A program made the position numbers and the translations under genes. Shown here piece after piece: positions 7,994 to 17,931 of a stretch of 64,000 nt of DNA. Positions within the stretch are counted from its first letter, which is position 1. Each line of letters opens with the position of its first letter. The notes under the pieces are model-generated. The model saw only the letters and a program-made list of their open reading frames with translations, searched no databases and was not told the DNA's origin. The stretch is from Patescibacteria group bacterium (lineage in GTDB: Bacteria > Patescibacteriota > Minisyncoccia > Phycocordibacterales > UBA1550): the NCBI GenBank assembly GCA_038062675.1, contig JBBTWP010000001.1, positions 122,059 through 186,058 of the forward strand, given 5' to 3'.

Positions 7994-9274
7994 TTAAAAA
8001 ATAAAATAATCTAGGAGGTCGAGGTATGCGTTTGGTGCCGCCATGGGCAACGTGTACATTCTGCCATCGCACGACCTGCTGGGGAGGGTTTTTACGGTTA
8101 CTGCGCTCGAGGCATAGAGCGAGACATGGAGGTGTGGGCCTGTTGAATAACCGGTGTTACCACTGTAGGCAACCACGTCCCCTGCCGATACGGTCTGACC
8201 CTCAACACCTTTGACCAAAGAAAGATGTCCGTAGACGCTCGAGAGTCCGTTGTTGTAGCGAATCAAAATCCAGTTTCCGTAGGATGCTCCGCGACACGTG
8301 AGGTCGGTATTTCCGCTGCCTATCACCGTTCCGCTCGCCATCGCTTTTACAGGAGTTCCGAGTGGTGCGCGAAAATCAACGCCGTTATGGGACCCCGATA
8401 CGTAGAGCCTCCCCGACGCACTGGTCTTGCCAAAACGCTGGGTAATGTAGGGATTATCCAACGGACTACTAAACACGTTGACTCCGCGCGGAGGAATAAG
8501 TGATGGATCCAGAATAAATTTCAGTGTGGATTCGTATTCGTCGAGTTCTTTTTCGAATGCATCCTTGAGTGCAACTTTTTTGACTAATATTTTTTTATAA
8601 CTCGACTCTTGATTGCTCGTTTCGGTTAGAAGTTGAGCCTTATCATTTTTATTTACTTCAACAATTTTCTTTCGGTCACTCAACTCATCTTTAAAGTTGA
8701 GTAATTTTTTCTTTTCCACTTCACGCGCACCTTGCTTGTTTTGAAGGTCGGTTTTATATCCCTTGAGTAGTGCAACATTTTCTTGAACCGCCTCATTGAA
8801 TTGATTGAGTGATTCAATATTGTTCAAAAAGTCGGACAGTGAGTCGTGGGAAAGGACAATAGTAGGAAGTGACGACACGTCCCGCTCATGCACGAGGCGT
8901 ATCATCTCCCCCAAAGATTCACGACGAGAGCTAATTTCGCGCTCCTTGATAAATATTTGGGATCCGAGTTGGTCGATTTGAAGTGATGTTGCGTCTACGT
9001 TTACTTTGGTGATGCGAAGCTCTGTTTCCAATTTTTTTCGTGTGAGATCGAGTTCGGTTATGAGTTTTTTGAGAGTCACCTTCTCTGTTCCTAGTGTGCC
9101 GATTTGTTCTTGGTATTTTTTAATCTCCACTTCAAGCTGCTTAATCTCTTCTGCCTTACTCGTTATTTTTTGTTTAAGTTCTTCTGCTGTTTCTGCATGA
9201 CTTGTGGAAGACAAAGAGACGGCGAGCGTGCCCACTATTGCAAGTATGAAAAATAATTTAACGTTGGTTCTCAT
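7994..9274 (-). CDS. M23 peptidase with N-terminal coiled-coil (EnvC-like)
   Basis: Signal peptide and long coiled-coil, then a LytM domain with GVDF...HLHV metal ligands. The start overlaps the gltX stop (TAATG). Confidence 0.85.
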   Translation of the reverse strand: MRTNVKLFFILAIVGTLAVSLSSTSHAETAEELKQKITSKAEEIKQLEVEIKKYQEQIGTLGTEKVTLKKLITELDLTRKKLETELRITKVNVDATSLQIDQLGSQIFIKEREISSRRESLGEMIRLVHERDVSSLPTIVLSHDSLSDFLNNIESLNQFNEAVQENVALLKGYKTDLQNKQGAREVEKKKLLNFKDELSDRKKIVEVNKNDKAQLLTETSNQESSYKKILVKKVALKDAFEKELDEYESTLKFILDPSLIPPRGVNVFSSPLDNPYITQRFGKTSASGRLYVSGSHNGVDFRAPLGTPVKAMASGTVIGSGNTDLTCRGASYGNWILIRYNNGLSSVYGHLSLVKGVEGQTVSAGDVVAYSGNTGYSTGPHLHVSLYASSAVTVKTLPSRSCDGRMYTLPMAAPNAYLDLLDYFIF

Positions 9275-10635
9275 TATGAATTTTTTTCAAGCAGATTTTG
9301 TGCATATGCAATGCGACGAAGAGTTGTTTCCTTGCCAAGAATCATCGCAAGAGTAAACGGATCGGGTGATTTGTCGCGCCCAGAGAGTGCATAGCGAAGC
9401 GGCCACAAGACACTCCCCCGCCCAACTTCGGTCGCATATTCCCAGAGAGCTCCCTTGATGGTCTCTGTGTTAAAATTACCGTCCGACAATTCTTTGAGCA
9501 GGTCAGTAACCTTACTAAGCCGAGTTACGGCAAGTTTAGAGTCTTTCTCATCCTTCCATAAAAGTCCCTCGGCATCGTACACAGGGTCATTGAAAAAATA
9601 GCCGACCTCTCCCCCATCCGCCAAGAGGAGCACTTCGCCTAGCGTACTGATGCGGTCGAGGATAATCGGTACTATTTTAGCAAAAGTATCGGGGTTGTTT
9701 TCTGCAGAATGGCGTAAGTCTTCGGGGAGGCGAGAAGAAATTTCAGCGTGAAGTTTTTCTAAAGGAAGAAGCTTTAAATATTCTTTGTTCACCCATCGCA
9801 ATTTTTCTTCATTGAAGATTGCCCCGCCTTTTTGAGCTTTTGAAATGTCGAACTGACTGAGGAGATCGTCTTTGGTTAAGATTTCTTGCTCGGTTCCGGG
9901 GTTCCATCCCAAGAGTGCGAGATAATTGAGCACCGCTTCCGGTAAATATCCCCGCTCGCGATATTCTGTGATGGCGAGAGCACCCTTTCGTTTTGAAAGT
10001 TTTGTGCGGTCCGGTGCCAATATGAGCGGAAGGTGTGCGTAGACAGGTTCAGGTGCTCCCAAGGCTCGCTGGATGAGGATTTGGCGTGGGGTGTTCGAGA
10101 TGTGGTCTTCTCCACGAACGACGTGCGTGACACCCATATCAAAATCGTCGGCAACGACAGCAAGATGAAAAAGTGGCGTATCAAGGTCTTTAGCAATAAC
10201 AAAATCTTTGAGGTCGGTAGTGTCGACTTCGATGTCTCCTCGAATAAGGTCTTTAAACGAAACTTTTATGTTTGGATTTTTGAAACGGATGACTTCGCGC
10301 CGACGATCTTTTGCGCCCGAATCTGCTAAAGCCTCTTCTTGTGAGACATACGCAAAACCTTTGTCGATGAGATATTTAAGGTATTTTTTGTGCTCTGGTG
10401 CGCGTTCTGATTGTCGGTGAAATTCATCGTAGTTGAGTCCGAGCCATTTCAAACTGTCGAGAATATTATCTTCATATTCTTTTTTTGAGCGTTCTTTGTC
10501 GGTGTCTTCGATGCGCAAGATAAATTTGCCGTTGTTTTGACGAGCAAAGAGATAGCTAAAAACCGCAGTGCGGTAGTTGCCGGCATGCAGGAGTCCTGTT
10601 GGAGATGGCGCAAATCGAGTGACAATGTTGGTCAT
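9274..10635 (-). CDS. gltX: glutamate--tRNA ligase
   Basis: PSPTGLLHAGN (HIGH-like) and KLSKRKG (KMSKS) class I motifs, 453 aa. Confidence 0.9.
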   Translation of the reverse strand: MTNIVTRFAPSPTGLLHAGNYRTAVFSYLFARQNNGKFILRIEDTDKERSKKEYEDNILDSLKWLGLNYDEFHRQSERAPEHKKYLKYLIDKGFAYVSQEEALADSGAKDRRREVIRFKNPNIKVSFKDLIRGDIEVDTTDLKDFVIAKDLDTPLFHLAVVADDFDMGVTHVVRGEDHISNTPRQILIQRALGAPEPVYAHLPLILAPDRTKLSKRKGALAITEYRERGYLPEAVLNYLALLGWNPGTEQEILTKDDLLSQFDISKAQKGGAIFNEEKLRWVNKEYLKLLPLEKLHAEISSRLPEDLRHSAENNPDTFAKIVPIILDRISTLGEVLLLADGGEVGYFFNDPVYDAEGLLWKDEKDSKLAVTRLSKVTDLLKELSDGNFNTETIKGALWEYATEVGRGSVLWPLRYALSGRDKSPDPFTLAMILGKETTLRRIAYAQNLLEKNS

Positions 10636-10656
10636 GAAAATTGATTGAATGTTTAA

Positions 10657-11784
10657 TTATCCACGGTGTTGCAACAGCACAGCGACAATCTGATCGGCAA
10701 TTTTTTCTGCGGCGTCTGTTTTTGTAAAAGCGTGCGCGGCGTTACGCATAGCATCACGGGCAGCTGCATCATTCATGATACGGTCAGTTTCCGACAAAAG
10801 AATACTTGCGGTAAGGTTTGCTTCTTCAACAACAACCGCACCACCTGCGCGAGCATACGCAAACGCATTTTTGCGCTGATGATCGCCGTTTGAGTTGGTG
10901 ATAGGGATTAAAATTGCTGGAGTGCCCCATGCAGCGATTTCAAAAATAGCGGATCCGGCACGAGACACAATGAGCGTTGCCGCACGTCCAAGCATGTTCA
11001 TGGTTTCTGTGTTGAGATATCCGTACACACGATAGCGATTTGCATTTGGATTTCCTGAAACAAGTCCGCGCACAACACTCTCCACATCGACCGCGTTTGC
11101 TTCTCCCGCTTGGTGAACAACCTGATATTTCTCGATGAGTTTTTGGCAAAGACTCACAGCTTGGTCGTTGATTCTTTGCGCCCCTTGAGAACCTCCCAAA
11201 ATTAGTAGAAGAGGTATGTTTGGATCAAGTCCGAGTTCTTTCCATACATCTTTTGTGGCAGGCGCGAGAAGTTCTTGGCGGATTGGGTTGCCGGTGAGCG
11301 CTGTTCGGTCCGTGGGGAAATACTCAGCAGCTTCAGGATAGGAAATTGCAACTTTTTGTGCAAATTTTCCCGCCCATGCATTGACGCGTCCGGGGGAACT
11401 ATCGGACTCGTGAATAATGACTGGAATGCGAAAAAAACGCGCGGCAACAAGCACAGGAAAACTCCCCGCTCCTCCTTTGCCGAAAATAATGTCAGGGTAG
11501 AGTGTAAAAATTTGAAAGAATGCTTTAAGTACACCCCATGCTGTTTTGAATAAATCAAAAAAGTTCTGAATCGAAAAATACGTACGACGTTTACCAGTTG
11601 TTACTTTCTTGAACGTGATTTTGTTGTCGTAAAGAAGACGTTCGTCGTACGGCTCGGTCGACATGTAGAAAAACCTCACGTCCGCGATTTTTTCACGTTC
11701 GAGAATCTGATTGAGTTTTTGCGCCACGGCGATAATGGGATAAAAGTGTCCCCCACTGTCGCCTCCGGTAAAAAGAATTTTCAT
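10657..11784 (-). CDS. murG: MurG glycosyltransferase
   Basis: GGDSGGHFYPIIAVA G-loop, GT28 C-terminal domain. Confidence 0.9.
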   Translation of the reverse strand: MKILFTGGDSGGHFYPIIAVAQKLNQILEREKIADVRFFYMSTEPYDERLLYDNKITFKKVTTGKRRTYFSIQNFFDLFKTAWGVLKAFFQIFTLYPDIIFGKGGAGSFPVLVAARFFRIPVIIHESDSSPGRVNAWAGKFAQKVAISYPEAAEYFPTDRTALTGNPIRQELLAPATKDVWKELGLDPNIPLLLILGGSQGAQRINDQAVSLCQKLIEKYQVVHQAGEANAVDVESVVRGLVSGNPNANRYRVYGYLNTETMNMLGRAATLIVSRAGSAIFEIAAWGTPAILIPITNSNGDHQRKNAFAYARAGGAVVVEEANLTASILLSETDRIMNDAAARDAMRNAAHAFTKTDAAEKIADQIVAVLLQHRG

Positions 11785-12878
11785 ATGCGTCGTAATTTAG
11801 AGATATTGAGTAGAATGCCGATTTCGATAAATGCAAAGAGGAGCGCCGTCCCGCCATGGCTCACAAAGACTAAAGGAAGACCGGTTAGCGGAATAACACC
11901 CAACATTGCTGCGATGTTCGCAAATGATTGCGATACTATCAGTATAACAATTCCGACCGCCAAAAGTCCACTAAACATATCTGGTGCTGTGTGGGCTATT
12001 TGGAAGCCGCGAATAGCAAAAAGAAGGAACAAAAGAATGATGACCGAACCGCCGATAAAACCGAATTCTTCTCCGGCAACGGCAAAAATTGAATCCCCCG
12101 TCGGCTCAGGAAGTGAGCTGAATTTTTGAATGCTCTGTCCAAATCCACGCCCCGTAAGACCTCCTGAACCAATGGCGATGAGCGATTTTTGAATTTGATA
12201 GCTTGCTCCGCTCGGGTCGCGGGAAGGATCCATAAATGTGAGAATGCGTTCTTTGACATACGGGCGTGTAAGCGCCAAAACGCCGATGGCGAGCACTGCG
12301 CAGAGGCAAATAATACCAAAGTGGCGCAACCTTGCCCCTGCCGCCACAAGCATTGCGCATGCCGCAGTAAACACTACCGCAAATGTCCCCGTGTCTGGCT
12401 CCAAAAGAAGCAAGATTGCCGGAAATGCGAGCACTCCTGCTGTTATGAGAAAAACATACTTAAGTTCCTTGATGCGTCCTTTAACACTGGGGAGTAGTGC
12501 CGCAAAATACAAAACGGTTGCAAGCTTGAGAGCCTCCGAGGGCTGGAATGAAATTGAACCGATTGAGATCCAACGTTTTGCCCCACCGTGTTCAAAACCT
12601 ACATGAGGTACAAATACGAGCGCAGTGAGGAATATGGATGCGATGAAAATATGGAGCGCGTGCTTGCGCCAAAAATTGATGGGAATTTTTAGCATGACGA
12701 TCATTGCAATGATGCCCAAAAAAAGTCCGAGCACAATTTGGTCAAAGAAAATATCGGTAAATGAAAACCCTTTGCGTGCAAAAAGCCCAAACGAAGCAGA
12801 GGTAAAGACAAAAAGTCCCATTGAAGACAGGAGGACGGCAAGCGTGAGAAGAGGTCGGTCTATTTTTGGTGTCTTCAT
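11781..12878 (-). CDS. ftsW: SEDS-family peptidoglycan glycosyltransferase FtsW/RodA
   Basis: 10-TM SEDS topology. Overlaps murG by 4 nt. Confidence 0.8.
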   Translation of the reverse strand: MKTPKIDRPLLTLAVLLSSMGLFVFTSASFGLFARKGFSFTDIFFDQIVLGLFLGIIAMIVMLKIPINFWRKHALHIFIASIFLTALVFVPHVGFEHGGAKRWISIGSISFQPSEALKLATVLYFAALLPSVKGRIKELKYVFLITAGVLAFPAILLLLEPDTGTFAVVFTAACAMLVAAGARLRHFGIICLCAVLAIGVLALTRPYVKERILTFMDPSRDPSGASYQIQKSLIAIGSGGLTGRGFGQSIQKFSSLPEPTGDSIFAVAGEEFGFIGGSVIILLFLLFAIRGFQIAHTAPDMFSGLLAVGIVILIVSQSFANIAAMLGVIPLTGLPLVFVSHGGTALLFAFIEIGILLNISKLRRI

Positions 12879-12884
12879 AATGAA

Positions 12885-13940
12885 TTATCCAATAAGGGCA
12901 ACAATCATTCCAACGAGTGCGAATACTACGGAGAGTACCCAATACCTCATGGTAACTTTTGGCGCCGACCAACCCACTGCTTCAAAGTGATGATGCAGTG
13001 GTGCCACTAAAAAAACTTTTTTACCCTTGCGCGTTCTCTTTGAGATTATTTGAATGATGTTCGAAAGTGTCGTTGCAACAAGAGGAAATGCAATAATGGG
13101 TAAAACTAAAACCGCGCCCGTCAAAAATGCAACAACCGTGAGCGACGTCGTGAGTCCAAGCATGCCCGTCTCAGACATGTAAAAGCGTGCAGGCGGAATA
13201 TTAAACCACAAAAATGCGAGGGTTCCTCCGGCGACAACCGCACAAAATACCGCCAAGTCGATTTGAGTTTGAAAAAAAGCGATAACGGCATACGCGGAAA
13301 AGATAGCCGTCATAACTCCCCCCGCCAGTCCATCAATGCCGTCGATAACCCCACCGGAAAAGAGCGCGAGCATGGTAAGCATGAAAAGAGGCACAATCAC
13401 CCAGCCAAGGACGAGGTCGCCTGCAAAGGGAATATGAATACTTGAAACGCCGAGCTTCGCAAAAAACCACCATCCGCCGACGAGCCCAAGAAGAATTACA
13501 ACTCCAATGCGTTTCGTGAGCGCCATCCCTCCTGCAATATATCCCCCACGCTCAAGCACCTGCAAGATATCGTCAGCAAGCCCCACGAGTGCACCTACCA
13601 TGAGGGTAAAAAGTGGAAGCCACGTCTGTTTTCGACTCAAAAAGTTGAGTTTGTCAGTCGTGGTATTTTCAAACAGTCCCGCAATCACGGCAAAAAGTAA
13701 TGTTGTGAGAAGCACGCTCACCCAAATTATAATACCGCCCATGCGCGGAGTGCCAATTTCTTTGTGCTCGTGAAGTTTTGCAAAAATGGGAGTTCCTCCC
13801 CCGCCAAGAGCTTCGGTGCGAACTTTCTTTTTCCAGAGTTTGTGTTTATAGAGAAAGGAGGTCAAGATCGGTGCAAGCATGATGCCGACAAAAAACGCCG
13901 TGGCGGCAGGCAAGAAAACTTTTACAACATCAATAGGCAT
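12885..13940 (-). CDS. mraY: phospho-N-acetylmuramoyl-pentapeptide transferase
   Basis: Polytopic membrane protein with the MraY HHH motif (APLHHHFE). Confidence 0.9.
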   Translation of the reverse strand: MPIDVVKVFLPAATAFFVGIMLAPILTSFLYKHKLWKKKVRTEALGGGGTPIFAKLHEHKEIGTPRMGGIIIWVSVLLTTLLFAVIAGLFENTTTDKLNFLSRKQTWLPLFTLMVGALVGLADDILQVLERGGYIAGGMALTKRIGVVILLGLVGGWWFFAKLGVSSIHIPFAGDLVLGWVIVPLFMLTMLALFSGGVIDGIDGLAGGVMTAIFSAYAVIAFFQTQIDLAVFCAVVAGGTLAFLWFNIPPARFYMSETGMLGLTTSLTVVAFLTGAVLVLPIIAFPLVATTLSNIIQIISKRTRKGKKVFLVAPLHHHFEAVGWSAPKVTMRYWVLSVVFALVGMIVALIG

Positions 13941-14003
13941 AGATACTCTCAGTATAGCGGAAAAGCGGCAGGAGGCAAAACTGTGTCATGGGAAGTTTTT
14001 TGG

Positions 14004-14036
14004 TACAAAAAAGAGCATGGATGCATTCCATGCTCT
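14004..14036 (-). terminator. intrinsic terminator
   Basis: AGAGCATGG / CCATGCTCT 9-bp stem, followed on the minus strand by TTTTTT. Confidence 0.55.
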
Positions 14037-14068
14037 TTCACACACAATTTGTAAACAAAGGTAATTTT

Positions 14069-14305
14069 TTAGTCCTCGTAAGTTGATGGGCAAGTACTTG
14101 TATCTTTGAATGTAAACCAAGAATACGCGTTTGCTTTAAAAAAAGACTTATCGACATATTCACACTGTAGTGCGGTCCCCAAAAGACCGAAAAGTACTGA
14201 TTCTACGCGCGATTTCCCTGTCCATGACCATGTTGTCGCAAACGCCGGTGCTGGTAGTAAAATAGCGGATACGATGAGTGCCGCCAAAACCTTCTTCATA
14301 CCCAT
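14069..14305 (-). CDS. small secreted protein
   Basis: Signal peptide MKKVLAALIVSAILLPAPAFA. Start placed at the internal Met. Confidence 0.4.
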   Translation of the reverse strand: MGMKKVLAALIVSAILLPAPAFATTWSWTGKSRVESVLFGLLGTALQCEYVDKSFFKANAYSWFTFKDTSTCPSTYED

Positions 14306-14387
14306 AAGATATATCTCCTTAAGTATCAACTTGAAGTAGAATGAACCCAATGACCACACTACCGCATCAGCAAAATCTTGTCAACAG

Positions 14388-15368
14388 CTACAGTGTCCCG
14401 CGAACTGCATCCATGAGTGCGCGCATGTCCTCAAAGCGTCCTTTGTAGGTGGAGCCGAGCACTACTGCAACGAAAAAGTGTCCCAATCCCCCATCAAACA
14501 TTATGGCGAGGTTGCCACCAGCAATGGTGGTGTACCCTGTTTTTGAAGCGATAAGTCCGGGTAAATATGAAATAGCCTCATTGGTGTTTGGAAAAGCGTG
14601 CACTGTGCCCCCCTGTGACACAATGCGCGTATGTTTACGCGTCGTTACTTCGAGGGTTGAAGGAAAACCTTTGTGGAGCTTGGTGAAAAGCGCCGCAACT
14701 TCACGCGCAGAACCATAGCCTCCATTTTGTGCGGGGTTTACGTCGAGACCTGTTTCATTAAAGAATTCCGTCTGTGTAAAACCAAGAGTGCGTGACTCTT
14801 CGTTCATGAGGCGCACAAACCGCATGTCTCCCCCCTCAGAACTTTCGGCATTTGCACTCGGGACATTCGAGCCCACAAAAGAAGCAAGAGCATGCGCGGC
14901 GTCGTTGGAAGACATGATGAGCATCATATCCAAGAGATCGCCAACACGAAACTGTTGCCCAATGCGCAGACCGCTATCCCCGTCGGTCTCAAGGTCGTAG
15001 GGGGTGAGCGTGACGATACTGTTTTCTTTTGAATACTTGCGGACAACAAGCGCTGTCATAAGTTTGGTGAGCGACGCAAGGGGAAGTTTTTCGTCTGCAT
15101 TTTTAGCAAAAACAATATGGTCGTTTGTAAGATCAACAACAATCGCCGCACGAGCCTCAATCACGAGCGATGCAAAAGGGTCTGGCATTTCAGGGGTAGG
15201 CATCGCACGAAGAACTTCCGCTGTTTGTGCAGGAATTGTCTTTGCGTTGGTGAGCCCCGCAAAAGAAAGAAACCCTTGGGCAAGCAAGGATAGTAATGCG
15301 CCACCGGCGAGCACAAGGGCGATTGCTCTAAGCCTCGTCGCCGAAAGATTCGTCTTCTTCGTATTCAT
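14388..15368 (-). CDS. D-alanyl-D-alanine carboxypeptidase (S11, PBP5/6-like)
   Basis: ASLTK (SxxK), SSND (SxN) and KTGYT (KTG) motifs. Start trimmed to MNTKK because the long ORF overlaps the scpB 3-prime end. Confidence 0.8.
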   Translation of the reverse strand: MNTKKTNLSATRLRAIALVLAGGALLSLLAQGFLSFAGLTNAKTIPAQTAEVLRAMPTPEMPDPFASLVIEARAAIVVDLTNDHIVFAKNADEKLPLASLTKLMTALVVRKYSKENSIVTLTPYDLETDGDSGLRIGQQFRVGDLLDMMLIMSSNDAAHALASFVGSNVPSANAESSEGGDMRFVRLMNEESRTLGFTQTEFFNETGLDVNPAQNGGYGSAREVAALFTKLHKGFPSTLEVTTRKHTRIVSQGGTVHAFPNTNEAISYLPGLIASKTGYTTIAGGNLAIMFDGGLGHFFVAVVLGSTYKGRFEDMRALMDAVRGTL

Positions 15369-15939
15369 CTTTTTTATTGGTTTCATTAAACTCCTCGACC
15401 GACTTTTGGACACCCTCGTACTCAGGGAGATCTGCCACTTTGGTGACTCCCATGTACGACAGTAGTTCAAATGTTGGCTGATACGCAGTCCCCCGTGTTT
15501 TGTCCTCGACCTTTTCAATGAGCCCGCGCACGAGCAGACTGCGTAAGATATAATTTGAATTTACTCCACGAATGTAGTTTATGGAACTGCGCGAAATAGG
15601 CCCACGATACAGGACAAGCGAAAGTGTTTCAAGTCCGGCCTTGCCAAGCTCTTTTATTGCATCGCCCTTGGTGATTTTTTCAATAGTTGTACTCATGGAC
15701 GAAGTCGTCGCGAGCACTGCTTCATCGCCATTTTGCACCACAAGAACCCCCCGCTGTTGGTCTCTGCACGTTTGCGCGAGCGCCGACACGCCCTCACGAG
15801 CTTCGTCCTCGGAAACCTCAAGGGTTTCAGCGAGAAATTTCACAGAGACAGGCTCTCCTTTGAAAAAAAGAAGTGCCTCAATGCGTGCCGATAAGTTTAA
15901 AGGGTGTTCCATGTTCATTATCTTATCATATTGAACCAA
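15328..15939 (-). CDS. scpB: segregation and condensation protein B
   Basis: Two winged-helix repeats (LEALLFF...; LETLSLVLYRGPISRSSINYIRG). Confidence 0.8.
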   Translation of the reverse strand: MVQYDKIMNMEHPLNLSARIEALLFFKGEPVSVKFLAETLEVSEDEAREGVSALAQTCRDQQRGVLVVQNGDEAVLATTSSMSTTIEKITKGDAIKELGKAGLETLSLVLYRGPISRSSINYIRGVNSNYILRSLLVRGLIEKVEDKTRGTAYQPTFELLSYMGVTKVADLPEYEGVQKSVEEFNETNKKDEYEEDESFGDEA

Positions 15940-15965
15940 GTTTACGAGTAAGGAGTAAAAGAGCC

Positions 15966-16730
15966 CTATAATTCAAGGAATAAAGCTGCATGATCTGACA
16001 CTTCCTCAGGAAGCACCTTGAAATCCCTAACTTCTATCTCTTTTGTAACAAGTATATAATCAGCATATTTTTCATCCTTTGCATAATAAGATGTTCTTGT
16101 TGAAGTAATCCCATACTTCTTAATTAAATTTTTTAAGCCACTACTTTCGAGCATTTTCATACTCTCAGTCTCAGGAAGAAGGTTAAAATCGCCACAAAGC
16201 ACAAAATCACCGGTGATATTCTTGGTAAATTCTAGAATATTTTTTGACTGAGTTATTCTATCATCAGAATCAGTTTTTCCTTTCCCGTTCCATAAACCGT
16301 GAAAATTAATAATGGTTAATGATTTGCCATCTACTTCGAGACTAACATACTGAATATTACGAGCATGGTTTCCAAGATCACCATCAGGGACATATCCTTT
16401 ATGTTTGTGTACAAACTCTTCTCCTTCTTCCGTAATTACTAAATCTTTTTTTACAAACATTGCAAGGCCATAGTCGTCTAAAAAATGTGGCCGAAAATAT
16501 GAGATATGCTCAGACAACAGCTCTGAAATCTCCTGCATTCCGTACACCATAATTTGTCCGTGATCAATAACCTGACCACCCGCAACACGGCCAGCCAGAT
16601 TCTCGTAAGGTGCTGACCATAGCTCTTGAAGACAAAAAATATCAGTAGTATCTTTATATTTTTGAAAAAATGCAAGGAGTTTTTCCTTCCCTGCTCTTCC
16701 ACCCCAAGTATTAAGCGTAATTATTTTCAT
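15966..16730 (-). CDS. endonuclease/exonuclease/phosphatase (EEP) family protein
   Basis: ITLNTWGG...LQE N-terminus and DHAALF C-terminus, typical of the EEP fold. Confidence 0.7.
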   Translation of the reverse strand: MKIITLNTWGGRAGKEKLLAFFQKYKDTTDIFCLQELWSAPYENLAGRVAGGQVIDHGQIMVYGMQEISELLSEHISYFRPHFLDDYGLAMFVKKDLVITEEGEEFVHKHKGYVPDGDLGNHARNIQYVSLEVDGKSLTIINFHGLWNGKGKTDSDDRITQSKNILEFTKNITGDFVLCGDFNLLPETESMKMLESSGLKNLIKKYGITSTRTSYYAKDEKYADYILVTKEIEVRDFKVLPEEVSDHAALFLEL

Positions 16731-16746
16731 ATTTTATTTTAAAATA

Positions 16747-17487
16747 CTACCCCGACATCCCGTAGTGCGGGGTGTCGATTACATGCGTTTCCATGAGAAT
16801 ATCCCCACCATGATGCTCTTGGGTTACTGCGATCACGCCCTGCTTCACGAGCTCAAGCATGGCAAGAAAACTCACAATAATCGTCACCTTTTCTTCTCTC
16901 CCTTTGCCAGAAAAATCATGAAAATTAAGTTTCAAGTTGGAGGTAATGCGTTTGGTTAGGCGGTCCATCATCTCTTCCAGAGAAATAACTTTTCTTACTA
17001 CCACTTTTGGCAAAGATACTTTTTTGGGAAGGCTCATAAGCACGCTTTGTATGGCAGAAAAGATGCCCGACGGAGTGATTTCCCCGCTTGGCGTAAAACG
17101 AACTTCTCGCTTCCGTGATTGCCCTTGCGGGAAAAGTCGCATTGCACCAAACCGTTCACGAACATGCACTGAAAGCTCGCGCACACGCTGGTATTCGCGC
17201 AAACGGTCTTCCAGCTCTTTGATATCCCCTTTTTCCTCCGGAGTGAGCGAAAGTGAAGGAAGCAAAGATTTTGATTTGATAAGTATCAACGTCGAAGCGA
17301 CAATGAGGAAATTTGAAACAAAATCAACGGGAAGTTTTTCAAGCTCGCGCAATCGCGCAATGTAGTCATCGGCAATCTGCGCAAGAGAGATTTCATTGAT
17401 AAAAAGCTTGCGCTTTTCAATAAGGTCAAGTAGGAGCTCGAGCGGACCTTCAAACACCTGTGTTTTTACCTGATAATCAAGAGGCAT
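16747..17487 (-). CDS. scpA: segregation and condensation protein A
   Basis: FEGPLELLLDLIEKRKL kleisin N-terminus. Confidence 0.8.
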   Translation of the reverse strand: MPLDYQVKTQVFEGPLELLLDLIEKRKLFINEISLAQIADDYIARLRELEKLPVDFVSNFLIVASTLILIKSKSLLPSLSLTPEEKGDIKELEDRLREYQRVRELSVHVRERFGAMRLFPQGQSRKREVRFTPSGEITPSGIFSAIQSVLMSLPKKVSLPKVVVRKVISLEEMMDRLTKRITSNLKLNFHDFSGKGREEKVTIIVSFLAMLELVKQGVIAVTQEHHGGDILMETHVIDTPHYGMSG

Positions 17488-17602
17488 GATAGGTGCATGA
17501 TACCGCGTTTTTGGACTGCGTTCAAGGAAAGTTTTGCCTTGGCTATTTTTATTGGGTGTGGTAATCTGAAGATAGATAGTTAAACTGATTAAGGAGGGTG
17601 TC

Positions 17603-17860
17603 GTGAGACTTCAAAATATGTGCAGTGTCACTGGTGACGAAGACAAGTGTTTTCGTACTCCTTTGAGTGACGCATGCAAAAGTTCGCTAGACAAAGGAGA
17701 GTGTCCAGCGGGGTATAAGGAAGATTCCCCTGCATGCGTTTCATTTTTAGTAAATGAAAAAATCAATGGTGTTGGTCACGAGGAGAGAGCGCTGATAATT
17801 AAAAAAAGGAAGGCAATCATAATCGGTGTTTTTATAAAAAAGGTATTGGCTAAAACATAA
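17603..17860 (+). CDS. small Cys-rich protein (GTG start)
   Basis: Strong SD AAGGAGG 6 nt upstream of a GTG. 5 Cys in the first 45 residues, amphipathic basic tail. Confidence 0.4.
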   Translation: MRLQNMCSVTGDEDKCFRTPLSDACKSSLDKGECPAGYKEDSPACVSFLVNEKINGVGHEERALIIKKRKAIIIGVFIKKVLAKT

Positions 17861-17931
17861 GGGCAAAAATGAACATCAAAAAGGTCGCACACGGGCGACC
17901 TTTTCTTTTGCATGAAATTTGTAATACCGAG

